Source: Somniosus microcephalus (taxonomy: Eukaryota). Taken from it: a stretch of DNA of 64,000 nucleotides. The DNA is taken from NCBI GenBank assembly GCA_052327205.1, contig CM126223.1:57908001-57972000 (forward strand). Direction: 5' to 3'. Below the pieces are notes generated by a model, which was not told where the DNA came from, made no database searches, and saw only the letters and a program-made list of their open reading frames with translations. The stretch's first letter is position 1, and each line of letters starts with the position of its first letter. The translations under genes were made by a program, and so were the position numbers. Positions 50,698 to 63,340 of this stretch are shown piece after piece.

Positions 50698-51165
50698 ACA
50701 GCAGTAGTATTTCCAATGTTCTTTTAGCTGTTCTTTGAAACATACCAAACTGTATACATGCAAAATGTAACCACACGAACAATACATATGCGAATATTTA
50801 CATTTTATGCAAATGTATTTGGGCCCACTGCTGACATCCTTCCAGACAAGCTGGCTGGGTGTAACTAGAGATGCAGCATGATCAACAAACCCCTCTTGAA
50901 ATGGAAGAATGGTTGCTGTTTACGCCGAATGCAGACATTGGTGCTCTAACACAGCAACCTAATCCAATTGCAGGATCAATGGAAGCCCTTTTTTGGTGCT
51001 CGAGACCAGCTGGCTCTAGATTCCATCTTAAATTTTAAAACCCCATGAAATGAAAGATTTTCTCCCATTTGTTACAGGTTTTAGTACAGGATTCAAATAC
51101 TGGGTGGATGATTTTTATTCTGCAATTTAAGCATAGGTGGGTTTCTCCATCAGAAATATTTAATC

Positions 51166-51229
51166 GAAAGGCAAAATACTGTGGATGCTGGAAATCTGAA
51201 ATATAAACAGAAAATGCTTGAAATACTTC
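51166..51229. mobile_element. Short Penelope-like fragment, same family as 26503-26733
   Basis: GCAAAATACTGTGGATGCTGGAAATCTGAAAT...ACAGAAAATGCT flanked by ATATTTAATC direct repeats (51156-51165, 51230-51239). Confidence 0.7.
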
Positions 51230-54200
51230 ATATTTAATCCTAGTTTACTAGGTAGTGCATGTCATCAGTGCATGCATGTTTTTGACCATCTGCACCAAAA
51301 GAAATCAAGTTGTCAACAATTCTTAATGCATTTTATAACGGAATTTTGTCCTACGTTTATAATTCATAGTACAAATCTGCTATGACTCAGATCATGTGGA
51401 AAACTTAATCAGACATGATAAGGTGACTCCAGCACTGATCTGCAAGTTAGTTCATGTCCTCACTCATCCGATCATTTGAACTGAATGTGTGAAAAAATTG
51501 ATTTCATGATTTGATTGTGATGTAGCTGTCAGCCTGTTTTGTGCATCTCTCCAATCTATGGAACAACAGTTTGATGGAAGAGTTATATTTTGCAACTTGC
51601 ACAAGCAAAACTCTTCAGTCTTATTTTGTGGACTTGATTAAGGTTACAGTATTAGTGTGCTGGCACATTATTAGTGCGTGTATTGAAATCCATAAAATTG
51701 TCCCTGATGGCTCTGTAGGTAAATGCACTGTGGTATACTATTGAATTATATCAACGAATAAACAGCCCTGGTCTGTGGTATTAGCCATTGCCAACCTTAG
51801 TTTTCTAACAATGGGAGATACCATATTCATTATAGGGTAGGAAAATTTAAGATTGGCTAACATCCCTGTTTGCTGTTCAGTGACTTCTGGTAGTGTGTCT
51901 TTCTGGGCACCAGGTGACATAGGGTCAGGCTGTGTGATGGCCCCGACAGTTAAGTAGGCTGGTGTGAAGAATGGCTACTTGGATGAAATACAAATGGGCT
52001 GCGACCATCTGTAGAGTTGTGTTCCAGCGTGAGTTGCTGCACTTGGGAGTAAAAGATGAGATTGAGAGCAAGCGGGGAGGTAAAGGAGAATGATGGTAAA
52101 TCGTATGGTTTTTAAGTAAATTTTAAACTTCAAAAATTCAGACATTAAGAAGTTATTTACCTTTCATATGCATTCATACTGTAGCTTTAAAAGGCTGTTG
52201 CTGCAGTTCATTGTAATATTTGATACTTGGCATAAAATGTATAAAAAGCCATAGTTTAATATTACTGGACACTGAGCAGTGAAATATTAAACTGGGGGAG
52301 TGTGGGGAACAAAGAAACAACACACATGGTTACTGTTTTTCTGGCAAACACATCATCAGTAAGTTAGCTCAGTACTGTTACCTCAGTAAACTGAAGCTAA
52401 CAGGCTGTGGGTAGCTTCTTTTCTGCTGCAATACCACCGCAACGAAAGCTCCAAGACTGCAGTATGATTGCCTCACTAACTCAGTGGATAAATGCATTGC
52501 ATGGTGTACTAAATCATATTGTCTTGGGCTTGATCTCTGGTGTAATGAATTAGCTGATCTCATCTCGGCTGGAGCATCCGTTGGATGCTACAATTGGTCT
52601 CGTTGTCCCTGAGCTGAGAAGAGGAAATTGCGGCCAAGTTCTTGAACCTGATCTCTATCCATTGATCACTGTTGTAGCATTGGATGTCAAGTAAGGAAAG
52701 GATTGGTTTTGGTTGTGATGCCCTCAATTGAAACGCCTGCTCACACTCCATAGAGGCTCACAAATGAAGATTAACCACTTAGCTGGGGCACTAGAAGTTA
52801 CCAGCATTTTCGGGAATTAAAGTAAACCATTTTGGGAGGAAAAGGAAGAAATTACAATTTATTCAGTTTCATACGCAGTCTTTAATTAAAAAAAAAAAAA
52901 TCAGTTTTTCAGTCTTTAATATTTATTTAAAAACTTAATTGTCAACCAATTTGTTGCTAAGTGAAATGACCTGTGCTTCTAATCAAACCTTTCTGTGGTT
53001 TGAACATTTTTTAAAAATGTAATTAGTTAGGATTTCAGCTTTGTAAGTGAGGTAAGGGATCAAAGGAGAAAAGAGAACAAAACAATTACAGAAGGACTGA
53101 ACGTGCAGCTATGTTTTGCAGATGCACACAGGCTACAACAAAGGACAATTCACTTGGCTGTCCGTTTGTGCTCTTGGAAGTTCCCTGTTTTCTATTTGAA
53201 TGCTTCAGACACGTGGAAATAGTACCGGTAGTCTGCTGCTAACCCGGAGGGGTTCCCACCAAAGGCAACAGTGAATTATGGCATTGAAGTAGAAACAGCT
53301 GACCATTATTATTGCATTACCAACTTAGCAAGTACAAATTTCTCAGATAAATTACTGTAAACCATTAAATGTTCACACAAAATTATTTTAACACATCTGT
53401 CCTGTGGGTAGTGACTATTATCTTTGGGTGAAGTATAACAGAATTCTGCTAGATGGAATCTATAAATAGCTGAAGTATCCCAACCTTATAATTTAATGTC
53501 CCATTAACTTCAGAAATTTAAAATCAACCACTCTGTATACTTAGACTAATTAGAAGCAAGTCTATGGGCAACTAGATTATAGCAATAAATAAAATATAAA
53601 TGCCTGTACAATTATAAATGAAGCCGCTTTCTTGATGGTTCAGTTGGTACATGTATTGTGTGATGTAATGCGCTGCAAACCAGGAAAGGCCTGAAATTCT
53701 GTCCCTGTTCTCTTAAGTTAGTTAATCAGCCTAGCTAGCAGCCAGGGAAATGACTGCTTTCCTTGGTGCCTACAGTGCAAGTAAGGAAAAAAAGTAGCCA
53801 GGGTTCCAGTTCCTGTTCCTGAAGGCTATTTGAAGACCCCTGCTGGAACGTATCCATGTGGTTGTTCATTGCATCCAATTTCCATATCTGGTTTAAGAGC
53901 TGTTTGTGTGGTAATACCTGTTTTAAATGCTTAACTGGTTTTGAGAGCAATTTAGTGAAATAACAAATGTCTTTTTTAAAGCCCACTGTGCCTATAGCTC
54001 TTAGCATAAAGTGGATAAATTGCTAAAGAGGCACATACTCAGGGATCTGTGGTTTGCAGGGTGCTCTGCTGCTGTCTGAAATGTACTGCCTATGACATGT
54101 TGAAACTAATGATACAGGTAGACTGGCTTTACATAAGAATGGAGATGTTTTATCTTCTTAACCCATGATTTTTGGCAGGATTTTTTCACAGCAAACCGTA

Positions 54201-55396
54201 GCCAAAAGGAGTGAGCAGAGAGTACCCTAATCAAAGGAATAACGTAGATAAGGCCTAGTGAGGTTTACTTCCTCTCTTGTGCCCCATTAATTATTCCCTG
54301 ACGGGATGGGCAAAGCATCTGATCATAGGCCTTGCCTACATCAATCCTGCAGCAGCACGGAGTTACGAGAAGGCTGGCTCACCCTTTGACTATACCTCCT
54401 CCTCTTCCACGGCTAAACATCTCATCTGTGCACTTATTGCAGAGAATCTGATGTTGAGCTCACTTCATGAGGAATTGTGGGCCTAATACTGACTGGTACA
54501 GCAATCTGTATTGATGCTTTTCAAGCTAGACCAATTCCTATTTGTATAATCACTTTCCTCTACAAAAATGTGTAAGCTAATATTTAAATTTGCACCATAT
54601 TGCCATTAGTCCATTCAACTAAGTGTCACAGAAGCATGATATTTGTAAATATCGTGAGGTTAATAATGACTTTAAAGTGCTATGTAGATTGTCTTGCCTT
54701 TAAACAATGTATTTTGATGACATCACATTGGTTTGCAACAAGGTTTCACAAGTTTGAGTTTTGCGAGCTTGCCAAATTACATTTTATAAATCTGCAAAAT
54801 AAGTGTCAGTAAATTTGTGTTGCTTTTCACACTCAAGTTTTGCATTGGTATGAAGCAGTTTAACTTGGAATGTAAATTGGGTGTGAAGGCAAGGACTGAC
54901 TCCAAAGCAAGAGAGAGACTCCCTCCTCCAAGAGTTCTCACTCTACTTCAGTCTGGCCTCAGGTCAGGCTCTGACACCAGGTTCAAGCTGCATTTAAAAT
55001 ATAAACTAATAAGTCAAACCGCTTGGCACCAATGCTGCAGTTATAGCGTAAATGCAGCTTTAGTTTCATTTGCTTACCTTGCAAGTGGATTGGATGATTT
55101 AAAAGGAATTCACTGTTTTAAAAACTGCATAAACTCTTCTGGGGATCATGGAATTATCCCAGTGGCCACAGGATGACACATGACTTTAAAGAGGACCTTT
55201 TTTTTGATCAATCAAATGATTAGAGCAGAACACAAGACTAAATTGAGAATATTTCGGTGAAGTTATTATCCTAGTAACTTGTGTTTACCCATTATTATCT
55301 CTGCCGTATTTGCTAAAAGGTTATAAGTGACCTGTTTCACATACTACTGGTAATCATTGAAGTCTTCAAGGTTTTTTTTCCCCCCTCTCCCTGCAG

Positions 55397-55483
55397 CCAT
55401 CACTTCCTGTCCTTTACACGTTATCCAGCCAGGCTACCCATGAAGCTGTCCACCTCCTCTGCAGGATGTTAGTTTTTGATCCT
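55397..55483 (+). CDS. NLK: NLK coding exon (about exon 8): PSLPVLYTLSSQATHEAVHLLCRMLVFDP
   Basis: ccctgcag acceptor and CCT|gtaagt donor. 87 bp, absent from the ORF track and translated by hand. Confidence 0.97.
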
Positions 55484-56048
55484 GTAAGTATGCAGACTAT
55501 TTTTCAAGCTGTACTGTAAAGCCCCTCTCAGTATATGAAAACGGAGTCAATCTGTAGTAACACTATTCTCCATTACCCATAGCACTGATTTTATAATCTC
55601 AATCAGAAAAATGTCCACAATAACTGCTACTGAATTCTTGTATAATGGTGCTTGGTTACTGATCCTTGAGATTATTGTTCCTGAGCGCCTCTCTTGCATT
55701 GAAATGAGATACAATAATGTTGGGAATTTCTGCAGTTGTCTTCTGATCATTTTTCATTTAATAGTTCTGGAGTCGCCATTTCAGCAATTTTATTTTAATA
55801 ATGACCTCGTTAATACATCTGGCCCCATATAAACCCATTTCAATGCTTTTTCATGGAAAATAATGTATTAGACTGAGCAACTTTATAATCGTAGTAAAGA
55901 TTTAAACTGAAATAAATTAGTGATTTTTTTTGCTTACAGTTTTGTATAACAGAATATATGCAATGTTTTACAGAATTCTCAGGTCAAATCGTTATAAAAT
56001 TATCAAGTTGGTATTTGTATGTAAAGCTTTTGTTCCCTTATATCGTAG

Positions 56049-56247
56049 TCAAAAAGAATCTCCGCAAAGGATGCCCTGGCTCATCCATACTTGGATGAAG
56101 GACGGCTCCGGTACCACACTTGTATGTGCAAATGCTGTTATACCACCTCTACGGGACGAGTTTACACCAATGATTTTGAGCCCATCACCAATCCCAAATT
56201 TGATGACAGCTTTGAAAAAAACCTGACATCTGTTCGGCAGGTTAAAG
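56049..56247 (+). CDS. NLK: NLK coding exon (about exon 9): SKRISAKDALAHPYLDEGRLRYHTCMCKCCYTTSTGRVYTNDFEPITNPKFDDSFEKNLTSVRQVK(E)
   Basis: atcgtag acceptor and AAG|gtcagt donor. 199 bp containing the NLK Cys-rich HTCMCKCC segment. Confidence 0.97.
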
Positions 56248-57489
56248 GTCAGTGCAATTTTGAATACTGTTGCTTATAGTTAAGCTTTTTGTTCTGAAGC
56301 CTAAGAAACCATATACTCGTTAGTATTTTTAACCAAAATAAATTTGCAGGTGAAGTGACGCTTTATATACTGCTCTTGATGACCTTACTTTAGGATTGAC
56401 AGCGGGTTACATATATCATTGTTTTGTTATACTGTGTAATACAAACTAGAAAGGTCCCAGGTTCAGCGCCTAGGTAGTCTCTGCTAAGTTTGGGTGGTAG
56501 CAGTTGGGGCACGACAATCGGTCAGTGTTTCCACCCCAATCCCAGCGACTCCTGCTGGAAATGCTTGCTTGTGAGTACTGGGTGATAACAGGATCAGGCT
56601 CAGTGTTGCTCCCCACAAGCTTAATAGCCTGCCAGCTCTGACTGTCCAAACTTACCTGAAGAATAGCTGCATCAGCAAAGCACGGAGGTGGGGGGGCGTT
56701 GCTATCACTACCTGTGTAACTAACTGCACTGTGGCATTAGCATGAGTTATCACCTTCAGCAAAGAAAGAGTTAATGACAAAAACTTAGCAATGGGGGAAG
56801 ACTGTTCAATTGCACTTAATTAGTGTATGGAACTACTACGTTTTTTTTTCATTCTTCCTATGACTTTAATTCATGAAAAAGGAAACCATCTTGATCGAGT
56901 ACTAGATGTTCAGTAATTCACTAAAATGTTTGGTTAAAGATGCATTGGTACATTCCAGTTGGTTTTAAGTCATGCCACTGATGTAATAATTCTAAAACAT
57001 TCAAGTGGATTAATCTCTACCTCAAGATAGTTAAGGGTTATTGGTATACAAATACCTTTTGTTAAAGATAAAATCCCTTTCACAAAATAGCAAACATTCT
57101 GTCTGGATTGTAAACCTTAATTGTAGAAAGCAAATTACTTACTTTTATGATGTGAATTATTAGAGTATCTTTTTCCTCTTGGTAAGGTATTGTTTTCTTT
57201 TTGATGTTCCTGAGCCATGCACAATCTCTGGCTGAGAAGGGTTCCTAGCACCCTACTCCCAACACTTCCAGTATTACTCTAAATCTGTCACTGGGACGTG
57301 TATGAAAGCAGCTTGATGTGCGCATATCTTCAGTTTTTCAAACACACTCCCAATCTGTGAAAGAAATGCCTGGCCTTCCTTCAGTGCTTACGCATAATGA
57401 CACAACTGAGATTGAAACACTTCCAGTTGAACATAGGGAAGAACAAACCCATTGCTTTTGATCACCAACCATAATTTTGCTCCCTTATC

Positions 57490-58255
57490 ACTAATTCCAT
57501 CCTCCTCCCTTGCCATTTACTAAGGCTGAACCAGTCTTTGCAAATCCTTGGCATCCTGCTCAACCCAGACTGGCTTTCAAACCACCCATCTTTTCCATCA
57601 CCAAAACCACTTGCTTCCACCTCTGCAGCATTTCCCACTTCTGCCCCACCTCATCTTCTCCACAGCTGAAACCATTTTCTTTACTTTTGTTAGCACCTCT
57701 AAAAAGTCTCTCCAATGTCCTTGCTGACCTCCCATTCTCCATCCTCCATAAACTCCCAACGTTTCCAAATTTCTGCTGCCAGTATCCTGTCCTGCTTTCA
57801 AGTCTTACTTTCCCATCGCCCCTATCCTGGCTGATCTGGTTCCCTGTCTACCAGCACATTAAATTTAAAATCATCTTCAAATCACTGTGGCCTTGCTGCA
57901 CCCTACATCTGCACCGTTCTCCAGCCGAAAGCTCCTCATGAACCCTTCAGTCTTCTGACTCTGGCTATTTGTGCATGTCCCCTCCCTTCATCCCATCATT
58001 GGTGGCAAAGTCATTGACTACCTCTACCCAACTCTCTGAAGAACCCCCTCAAAACCCCTTCACCTGTATACTTTTTCCTCCATCTTCAAAAAGCCTTCTA
58101 AAAATCCATCCTTGTAACCAAGCTCTCTGCACCCTTCTTAATCTCTTCCCCCATGGCTTGGCACGTGTTCCCTTTTTCTGTTTTTTGTTTCCTCTCTCTG
58201 TAAAGCGATCTGGGACATTCTCTACATTAAGACACTTGATAAATTGCACATTTGT
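57490..58255 (+). mobile_element. L2-type LINE 3' fragment
   Basis: ITKT..FHL..I and W.PV..HIKFKI peptides and an L2-like tail (GTAAAGCGATCTGGGACATT). Confidence 0.7.
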
Positions 58256-58532
58256 GAGGAAATTGCAGGCATAAACCCTTATCCCATCATGTTGAAGTTC
58301 TAGTGTACTGTTGCTATTTAGGAGTATTAACACTGCAGAATTTTACATGCACACGCAGGTATATGGGTCAATCATTCACATCTTCAACTGGTTTCCACCT
58401 GCCCCCCAAAAAAACCTCTTAATGTGGGAAATTGTAAAATAACACCAGATCAAAATGCAGAACTTGACAATGACTTAAACAGCAGGAAACTGTATTGTTA
58501 TGACTGAATATAATTCATTTTCTGTCCTGCAG

Positions 58533-58626
58533 AGCTTATTCATCTATTCATTCTGGAACAGCAGAAAGGAAACAGGGTTCCACTATGCATCAACCCACAG
58601 TCTGCTGCATTTAAAAGCTTTATCAG
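58533..58626 (+). CDS. NLK: NLK coding exon (about exon 10): (E)LIHLFILEQQKGNRVPLCINPQSAAFKSFI(S)
   Basis: tgtcctgcag acceptor and CAG|gtatgc donor. 94 bp, phase-compatible on both sides. Confidence 0.96.
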
Positions 58627-60016
58627 GTATGCTGTTGCAGACATTTTGTCAAAGCACAGTATTAACAGGTTATTATATCAGTTTTGGTGTGGAATAATTA
58701 CCATAAAAGGCAGGAAACCTCGATGAGCGACAGAGTATGCATGCTTAAAGGTTGAGCAAATTAATCAGGACGTTAATGTTCCCAAAACTTTCTGAATAAT
58801 GTATTTATCTTCGTCTACAACAATGAAACTTGTACATCCTTGTGAAATGAAATCATTCATGTAGACTTTAATTTTTTTTTTAAACTTTCAGAAAGAATGT
58901 TTTCAAATCTTGCTAACTATATACAGGCTTTAGACAAATTTGCCAAGCAAGATCTGAATTGATATTGTATTCCACATCTAATAACTAAAGTGACTTTGAC
59001 TCCTGCTAGAAAACTGACCTTTTAATTTGTTTCCATTTTTGAATTATCAAAGTAATTGTGTTTAGAAGATAATTTTCAAATTTTTGTAGTAAAAATATGA
59101 ATGTCAGCAGTCATTTTTTGCCACCTCTACCTTTTTTGTGGAGGGGAGCAGAATAGAAAATGCACTGAAGTGTACATTGATAAGTTTAGGTAATAAATGT
59201 TCAAGATACGTATTCAGATCTGTTCCTTTATAGAAATTCCACTCTCGGGAGGAGAAAGTTACTCTCTCCTTGCTGGGATGTGGTTCCATGTGTACCAGGC
59301 ACTCGCTGGTACCTACCCCAGTGATTATTATTTATATCTGAGCCTTGAGCATGGGTGTTGACAAGCTGTGGAAGGCATCACATTCAAGCTCTGGCCTTTC
59401 CTCGCCCAATCTTCACAGATGTACACTTCCAATTAGCGTCTATGAATAGTGACCAAGAGCAGGAACCCTTCCCAACACACACAACTGAGGCCAATTGTGT
59501 GCTCACCACACATCCCCAGCTGAGTTCAGCACAAACTGGGGATTGAGCACTGCTGTATGTGTTTGTCCAATTCTGCTGTTTACTTTTCAGCATTAGAGAC
59601 ATACAAGCAAATCTGCCGTCCTTGCATATATTGTAGGAAGTGATTTATTTTGAAATCTGCATTCGACATTAAGTACTCAGAAGGTTGACAGCCAACCTTG
59701 TACTGTAGTAGAATTCAAATATTTATGATGCTTTGCAGAGTATAGAAGATACTGCAATGATCACCTAAAGCATAGAGATGGGGTATAAAGAAGGAATAAT
59801 TTACTTATAATGGATACGTGAGTGCTTTCTTCTAAAACTGCATGATTGATAGGTGCGGCCAAAAGTCAAGCCTGTCATTCTTTCAACCTGAAGGTTTAGC
59901 AAGATTGTAAACGTGTTTCAGTTGCATCTCAAGTTTTTATGGTTAATTTTCATAGTTTTTAGCAAAATACTGCACTCATACCATCCTCAGTACTATTTAT
60001 GATTCCATTCAATATA

Positions 60017-60554
60017 CAGGAAACTCTCGTCTAAACGGCACCTAAATATCCGGAATTCTCTATTAACCGGCAAAATTCATACTCCGAAAACAACACCTCA
60101 ATAACCGGAAATGTTGCTGAGTCTCCTGCGGTGGCCGGGTTAGTCAGTGGGGGTAGTTCTCCAAACTGCCACTACTCGGCTTCTTGGCGCTGTTGGAAGT
60201 CCGAACACCTCGATAACGGGAGTCTGACTCTCCCGCGCTGCCGGTAGTCTCTTCCCATCCACCATTTTTCTGTGTCGTTTACTGTATAAGTTTTGTTTTA
60301 CTGTTAAGTAATTAAAAGAGTTATGGATTACCCTCAACTGGCAGTACTGTACTTAATCAAGCATCTTCCACCATCCATTTAACACAACATTCTGTAGGTG
60401 AGTACCCAATTACTGTATACTGCACATTTCTTGATTTTTTAATTTTTGTTTGTTTAAAAATAGCCTCGGTAGATAACCCTCTCCGTCACCTGGAATTTTT
60501 AATCAACCGGCACCATCCCGGTCCCGTCGGTGCCGGATACCAAAGAGTTTCCTG
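60017..60554. mobile_element. Tc1/mariner (pogo/Tigger-like) MITE, family C, inverted copy of 13527-14045
   Basis: TA|CAGGAAACTCTC ... AAAGAGTTTCCTG|TA. Long blocks are reverse complements of 13527-14045. Confidence 0.88.
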
Positions 60555-60937
60555 TATATTAAGATATCCCTGTATATTAAGATATCTGCAATCCATCTAT
60601 AGTGTGACCAGTTGACAACTACTTTTAATCAGCTTGATTTTCATTATTCAAGTGAGGTTTTGGAATGACTTCTGTTATTGACTTGCCTATTAGCCACTTA
60701 AAATGTAATAAATATTGCCTTTGGTTAATTTTCTTGACCTTTGAGTGAAATTGATTACGGTAAAGTGTGAGGCATTTTACAATGATCCTCTGTCTGACTG
60801 TCCAGTTGGAAGTGAGCAATATGAACTGAATTTGGATAAATTTTAAATGTATATACGACTGAAATATTTTAAGTCACTGTAAAGCCTGAAATGGTTTATA
60901 TTGCTCTGATTATGTTTTTTGTTTGCCCTTTTAACAG

Positions 60938-60992
60938 CTCCACAGTAGCTCAGCCCTCTGAGATGCCCCCATCTCCACTGGTATGGGAGTAA
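60938..60992 (+). CDS. NLK: NLK terminal coding exon: (S)STVAQPSEMPPSPLVWE*, stop TAA at 60990-60992
   Basis: ttttaacag acceptor. The C-terminus matches the vertebrate NLK end as recalled. Confidence 0.97.
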
Positions 60993-63340
60993 GTGGAAGA
61001 AACTACTGATGACAAACATTTTAGGTTCTCGCTAGAGTCTAAAATTTGCAGTACCATTTATGTCGGGACAAGTGTGTAATTTTACTTATAAAATTTTTAA
61101 AAAGTTAAAATAAACCACTGATAATTGTAAAGAATATACTTTTAGGAATATGCTGGACTTGTATTTTTTAGGGATAAAATTGGTGGTTGTGCTTTGAAAT
61201 AAAGCAGCTTTAGCAAGTGCTGCACAGTTTGTATGTATTTATGGAACCATGTGCAGCCTTCGCTTTTTGGCTTTGGAAAAAACAAAAGCTGCACTAAAAT
61301 GAACTGGGTGTCTTGACGTTGAAGTGGGACATGGAGCAGGCATGTACAGGATCTCTAAGGAATCAATGCTGACCCATTCCTGAAGACATGTTTTACCGAG
61401 GCTGACTGAGAATACAAAGTTTCTGCCGACCAATCATGAAGTCGCGTCAGTTGATAAGGCTATTTAATGAAATGGGCACATCACCTGACCGATCAATTCT
61501 ATAGCTTCTCTTCAGAGCTGTGACAGTGGTTTGCTGTTGTTTGTAAAACATTGTGATTAGAAAGAGATGGAGTGAGTGTGGGTTTATCACTAGCAGAAGT
61601 AACTTATGTTTCCCCAGTCCCTTAATTATATTTAACCAATTTTTAGAAACATTTTGTTTTATTTCTGCAGTCAAACCTCAAGCATGCATCATCCCACATC
61701 ACTTGTGTATATAAGTCCAGTGTTGGGTAGATTTTAAAAGTCTTGACATTACTGTATAGAGGAATTAGCTTGCACATTTTAGGTCTGTGAAATATTCCGT
61801 GAAAGTTATTTTCTGCACTGGACAGTGTAACAGGAAAAGCAGCACATAGGCGATTATGTTAATTGTGTCTTGTGTCTTTAGGCAGAACTGTGGAAGTGTT
61901 GATTTGAACCGTCACAGTAGTGCAGAGTTTTAATATCCTTTCTGACAAATCCTTATCTACTGGAACACTGAACTATTCTGTGTATATGTATATATGAACA
62001 GAAATTGAAGGCTCTACCTCCAGGAGTATACAACTTGGTTTGTTTACCTCCACGTTTTTTTTAAAAACAATTTAGCGTGGGGATTTAAAACTTGAATGTC
62101 CCTTCCAGCTTTTATATTTAAGAAAAAAAGTTTTTCACACGTACGAAGGAACCTTTATGGATTGTCTTAAATACGCAATTGTGTTCAAAGCTGAGAATAT
62201 GACCCCAGGCTCGGTCATTAATACTTGACTGTTAAATAACTGTAGTTCATATCTGTATTTAGCATTGGACTCTTGCTGCGAGTGACCCAGAGCAAAGGTG
62301 TGCACAGATTTCAAATAGATCCCTAATATTATTCCTTTTGAAATTTTAACTTAAATGAAGTAATGGCTTGCTATGGCAAAGACTCTTCATGCTGGAAATT
62401 GCATCTATTTACAATTAGGAACAATGAAAAGGTTTTAGGAATTTTTTTTTTTTTAAAAAGGTTTTTAAGCCTGCAGAGCTTTAACAATAAATGAAGTTTT
62501 AAAGGCTTGTATTTGAAGAATTCTGTTTTCAGTAAACGGGGGCAAAAAAAAGTCCTGAGAGCCTGCTGAGAAACCGGTTTCAAGACTTCACCTGAGGTTC
62601 ATCGTCCTATGTGACACATTTGCCGGTCACTTTGTACAATGTAGATTTGAAGTACAGTGGTGGAAATTCATTAAATGTGACATTTAAAAAAAAAAAAAAA
62701 ATCTGTGTGGTACTAGTCAGTTTGTGGTTATTATCTATTCGGACATAAGTCCTCTTAATTTGTTACAATTTCCCTTTCTGATTGTGATTTCTGTACCTAG
62801 CCATTGATTCTCTCACAGGCATCTTTGAGTAAAAACACATTTCTCTTGAGTTTTGTTGTCATATGTAATTAGTTATGTGGTGAAGTACATAAACGTACAA
62901 TTTTTCTTGCTTTATTCAAATACTCAAGACTTTCATGTGTACTTTCTGTGAATAGGGATGTTTTAAAATCCCCTGTGATCTTTAGAGCTCTGCTGACAAC
63001 AAACAGTATTAGTAAAATTTGCTGAATTTTCTTCTCCCCAACTCTTCCAAAAAAAATTGAATTGAAAAAGGTTATTTTTGGATTACAACCAATTAACTGC
63101 ATTTTCATTTCTATGATTGACTCTTGAAGGGAAGGAAAAAAATGATCTACTCAATGATTGGAATTGTTTTCATTGTGATTGGGGACTGTGCTCAATTTGA
63201 TTTAGAGTGGTGTATTTGGGGTTTATTCAGTACCAGTCACTTGCCTTGAATTTGTACTCGGTTCACAAATGAGACCTTGAGTAACAGAGAACTAAACATG
63301 GATTTTTTAAAGAAATAAAACTGGACCTCAATATTAACCC
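60993..63340 (+). other. NLK: NLK 3' UTR (end approximate)
   Basis: AT-rich and free of recognisable repeats after the stop codon. AATAAA at 61109, 61198, 62486 and 63314, ATTAAA at 62670. The true cleavage site cannot be fixed from sequence alone. Confidence 0.7.
63314..63319 (+). promoter_or_regulatory. Candidate distal polyadenylation signal AATAAA
   Basis: Last AATAAA before recognisable repeat-derived sequence resumes near 63745. Confidence 0.45.

Noticed and set aside
62670-62701. ATTAAA followed by a genomic A-run as a retrocopy tail or mRNA end
   Set aside because: There is no TSD or retroelement body. It is more simply a homopolymer in the UTR and a likely oligo-dT mispriming site.
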